Source: Candidatus Krumholzibacteriota bacterium (GTDB taxonomy: Bacteria; Krumholzibacteriota; Krumholzibacteriia; JAJRXK01). From it: 64,000 nt of DNA. Below are positions 61,731-64,000 of this stretch, one piece after another (within the stretch, counting starts at the first letter, position 1; each line of letters begins with the position of its first letter). The DNA is taken from the NCBI GenBank assembly GCA_963764625.1, contig CAVXTH010000009.1, forward strand, positions 352,001 through 416,000, given 5' to 3'. The position numbers and the translations under genes are program-made. Under the pieces are notes generated by a model that was given only the letters and a program-made list of their open reading frames with translations, was not told where the DNA came from and ran no database searches.

Positions 61731-62156
61731 ATGCCGTACGATCCGCAGCTCGTGGCTCCCATGCGCGAGGAGCTCACCCGTCTCGGAGTTCAGGAATTGA
61801 CCACTGCCGCCGCAGTGGACGAGTGGATGGCTCAGAAAGAGAGCCCCGGGCTCCTCATCATCAACAGCGTCTGCGGATGCGCCGCCGGCCAAGCCCGGCC
61901 CGCCATCGCCCTGGCCATGCAGCACCCTTCGCGGCCCGCTCGCGTCGCGACCGTCTTCGCCGGACAGGACCTGGAGGCCACCGCGAAGGCGCGCTCCCAC
62001 TTTGCCGAATTCCCGCCTTCGAGCCCCAGCATGGTGATGTTCAAGGACGGCGAAATCGTGCACTTCCTGCCCCGGCACCGCATCGAGAGCCGGAACGCGC
62101 AGGAGATCGCGCAAGAGCTGGTCGAGGCGTTCCAGAAGCACTCCGTAGCCGCCTAG
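61731..62156 (+). CDS. BrxA/BrxB-family bacilliredoxin
   Basis: 'MPY...VAPMREELT', 'NSVCGCAAG.ARP', 'TVFAGQD.EAT', 'PPSSPS'. Confidence 0.93.
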   Translation: MPYDPQLVAPMREELTRLGVQELTTAAAVDEWMAQKESPGLLIINSVCGCAAGQARPAIALAMQHPSRPARVATVFAGQDLEATAKARSHFAEFPPSSPSMVMFKDGEIVHFLPRHRIESRNAQEIAQELVEAFQKHSVAA

Positions 62157-62179
62157 CCGCTAATCCTTCGGGAGTCATT

Positions 62180-62461
62180 GTGGGCACCTTCCACCACGAC
62201 AAAGGCGAACTGCACGGAATCACCGTGGTGGTCGACACCGATGGCCCGGAGCTCTTCGTGGGACGCTGTGACATCGCCACCGCGAAGGAAGTCGTGCTCC
62301 TGGACGTCGAGGTCCACGTCGAGGGGCAAAGCGCCGACAGCCGCGACGCCTATCTCAAGCGGGTGGCGATGGTGGGGCAACGCAGCGAGCTCCCGCGCGT
62401 GGTCATTCCCAGAGACCGGGTCGTCTCCCTGCGGCGACTGGCTTCACTCGAGATTGGCTAG
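62180..62461 (+). CDS. Small hypothetical protein, possibly Sm/LSm-like beta fold
   Basis: GGAG RBS plus GTG; 'MGTFHHDKGELHGITVVVDT...FVGRC...VVLLDVEVH...VIPRDRVVSLRRL'. Confidence 0.7.
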   Translation: MGTFHHDKGELHGITVVVDTDGPELFVGRCDIATAKEVVLLDVEVHVEGQSADSRDAYLKRVAMVGQRSELPRVVIPRDRVVSLRRLASLEIG

Positions 62462-62517
62462 GGACCCGCGCTCTCCCCGGCAGGGGAGCGCGGCAGGAAG
62501 GCGAGGCCGGGTCACAG

Positions 62518-62546
62518 AAAAGGCGGAGCCGCACTCGGCCCCGCCC
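62518..62546 (-). terminator. Rho-independent terminator of ahpC
   Basis: Minus strand GGCGGGGCCG-AGTG-CGGCTCCGCC followed by TTTTT. Confidence 0.7.
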
Positions 62547-62572
62547 AGGAAGAATGAATTTCGAGTCGTCTC

Positions 62573-63160
62573 TCAGTGGCTGCTGAGATACTCCGCCATG
62601 CCCTCCGAACTCGCCGTCATCGTATCTTTGCCCTCATCCCAGCCGGCCGGGCATACCTCGCCCTCGTGGCTGGTGACGTATTGGAAGGCCTTCAGCAAGC
62701 GGAGCGCTTCTTTCGCGCTGCGACCCACCGAAAGATTGTTGACCGTTTCCTGCATCACGGTGCCATCGGGGCTGATGAGGAAGAGGCCGCGCAGCGCAAC
62801 CCCCGAACTCTCCAGCAGCACCCCGTAATTGGCGGCCGTCGACTTCGTGACGTCCGCGAGAAGGGGATAGTCGAGGCTTCCGCCTAGTGCGCCATCCTCG
62901 GACTTTCCGTCCACCCAAGCCTTGTGGACAAACTTGCTGTCGATGGAGACTCCGAAAAGCGCGCAATTCAACTTGCGAAACTCCGGGGCCATCTTGCTGA
63001 ACTCGAGAACTTCCGTGGGACACACGAAAGTGAAGTCGAGGGGGTAGTACAGCAGGTAGACCCACTTGCCCCGGTAATCACTGAGCTTGAAGGTCTCGAA
63101 GTTCTTGTTGAAGTAGCCCTCGAGAGTGAAATCCGGGGCTTGCTTGCCGACCAGGGACAT
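62573..63160 (-). CDS. ahpC: 2-Cys peroxiredoxin (AhpC/Prx1)
   Basis: 'YPLDFTFVCPTE' and 'EVCPAGW'; AGGAGG RBS. Confidence 0.95.
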   Translation of the reverse strand: MSLVGKQAPDFTLEGYFNKNFETFKLSDYRGKWVYLLYYPLDFTFVCPTEVLEFSKMAPEFRKLNCALFGVSIDSKFVHKAWVDGKSEDGALGGSLDYPLLADVTKSTAANYGVLLESSGVALRGLFLISPDGTVMQETVNNLSVGRSAKEALRLLKAFQYVTSHEGEVCPAGWDEGKDTMTASSEGMAEYLSSH

Positions 63161-63404
63161 ACATGCATCCTCCTGTGAGTACCGTCTAGGAGCGGTGGCA
63201 TCGGCCAGGGTAAGGACGATTCACCGGACCCGCAAGGCTTCCAGCAATCGAACTCCACCAGTAGAAGAGCTTGTCACACCTCGGTTCATTTGCCACATTC
63301 TTCGGTGAGCTCTTCGGGACGGGAGTGCGACGCTCGTTTGGAGCGCAACCCGACCGTGCTTAGAGATCCACGCTCTGCTTTCTTCTCCAGGATATGGAGA
63401 CGAG

Positions 63405-64000
63405 ATGATGGACACTGCCCTCTCGGTTCACCGGTTCCACTTCGCCTTCACCGTTACCTACCACTATCTCTTTCCCCAGCTCACCATGGGATTGGCGTTG
63501 CTCATCTTTCTCATGAAGAGTCTGGCACTCAAGACCGGAAACGAAGAGTGGAATCGCGCCGCGCGTTTTTGGATTCGACTTTTCGCCATCAACTTCGCCA
63601 TGGGAGTGGTGACCGGAATTCCTCTGGAATTCCAATTTGGCACCAACTGGTCGCGATTCTCGGTTTTCGCCGGCGGTGTCATTGGACAGAGTCTCGCCAT
63701 GGAAGGGGTCTTCGCCTTCTTCCTCGAGTCGAGCTTTCTCGGAGTTCTACTCTTCGGCGAAAAGAAGTTCGGGCCGCGAGGACATTGGGTCGCTTCGCTG
63801 CTGGTCTTCGTCGGTTCGTGGCTCTCGGGTTATTTCATCGTCATCACCGACGCGTGGATGCAGTATCCACAGGGCTATCAGTTGCTAAAGAGCGGCGGCG
63901 TCGCCCTCACCAGTTTGGGACAATTCCTCCTGAATCCCTGGGGGCTCTGGCAGTTCCTCCACACCATGATGGGGACGACGGTCACCGCCGCAGTGTTCGT
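63405..64000 (+). CDS. cydA: Cytochrome bd ubiquinol oxidase subunit I (3' truncated by the window edge)
   Basis: Translated by hand: MMDTALSVHRFHFAFTVTYHYLFPQLTMG...FAMGVVTGIPLEFQFGTNW...AMEGVFAFFLES. Confidence 0.95.
   Translation, partial: MMDTALSVHRFHFAFTVTYHYLFPQLTMGLALLIFLMKSLALKTGNEEWNRAARFWIRLFAINFAMGVVTGIPLEFQFGTNWSRFSVFAGGVIGQSLAMEGVFAFFLESSFLGVLLFGEKKFGPRGHWVASLLVFVGSWLSGYFIVITDAWMQYPQGYQLLKSGGVALTSLGQFLLNPWGLWQFLHTMMGTTVTAAVF

Noticed and set aside
60108-62141. 677-aa minus-strand ORF spanning three genes
   Set aside because: It overlaps the well-supported GSDH, BI-1 and brx genes and has low-complexity shadow composition.

Overview
GC-rich (visually about 60-65%), gene-dense bacterial chromosome segment with about 50 CDS. 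No rRNA, tRNA, CRISPR array, integrase or transposase was seen. The cell is diderm (TonB receptor, MlaEFD, several outer-membrane beta-barrels). Three secreted proteins end in FlgD-Ig/T9SS-type C-terminal domains, which suggests an FCB-group candidate phylum such as Krumholzibacteriota, Latescibacterota or Eisenbacteria (inference only). Housekeeping genes include class II DAHP synthase, htpG, hutH, ahcY, apaH, ettA, a photolyase, ahpC and a partial cydA. Highlights: (1) a stand-alone bacterial histone-fold gene with a 28-aa Lys/Ala-rich N-terminal tail (55553-55816); (2) a 19-heme cytochrome built from tandem triheme repeats and coupled to a beta-barrel gene, a candidate porin-cytochrome electron conduit (43169-46324); (3) an SppA protease fused to an N-terminal FadL/PorV-like barrel; (4) a degenerate SatD-family gene behind a ~24% GC island with 12-bp direct repeats; (5) an ArcE-like arginine synthetase; (6) a MacB/FtsX-type ABC transporter paired with a ZnuA-like binding protein. 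Three genes carry single frameshifts that are most likely assembly indels. All calls come from motif recognition by eye; no database searches were run.
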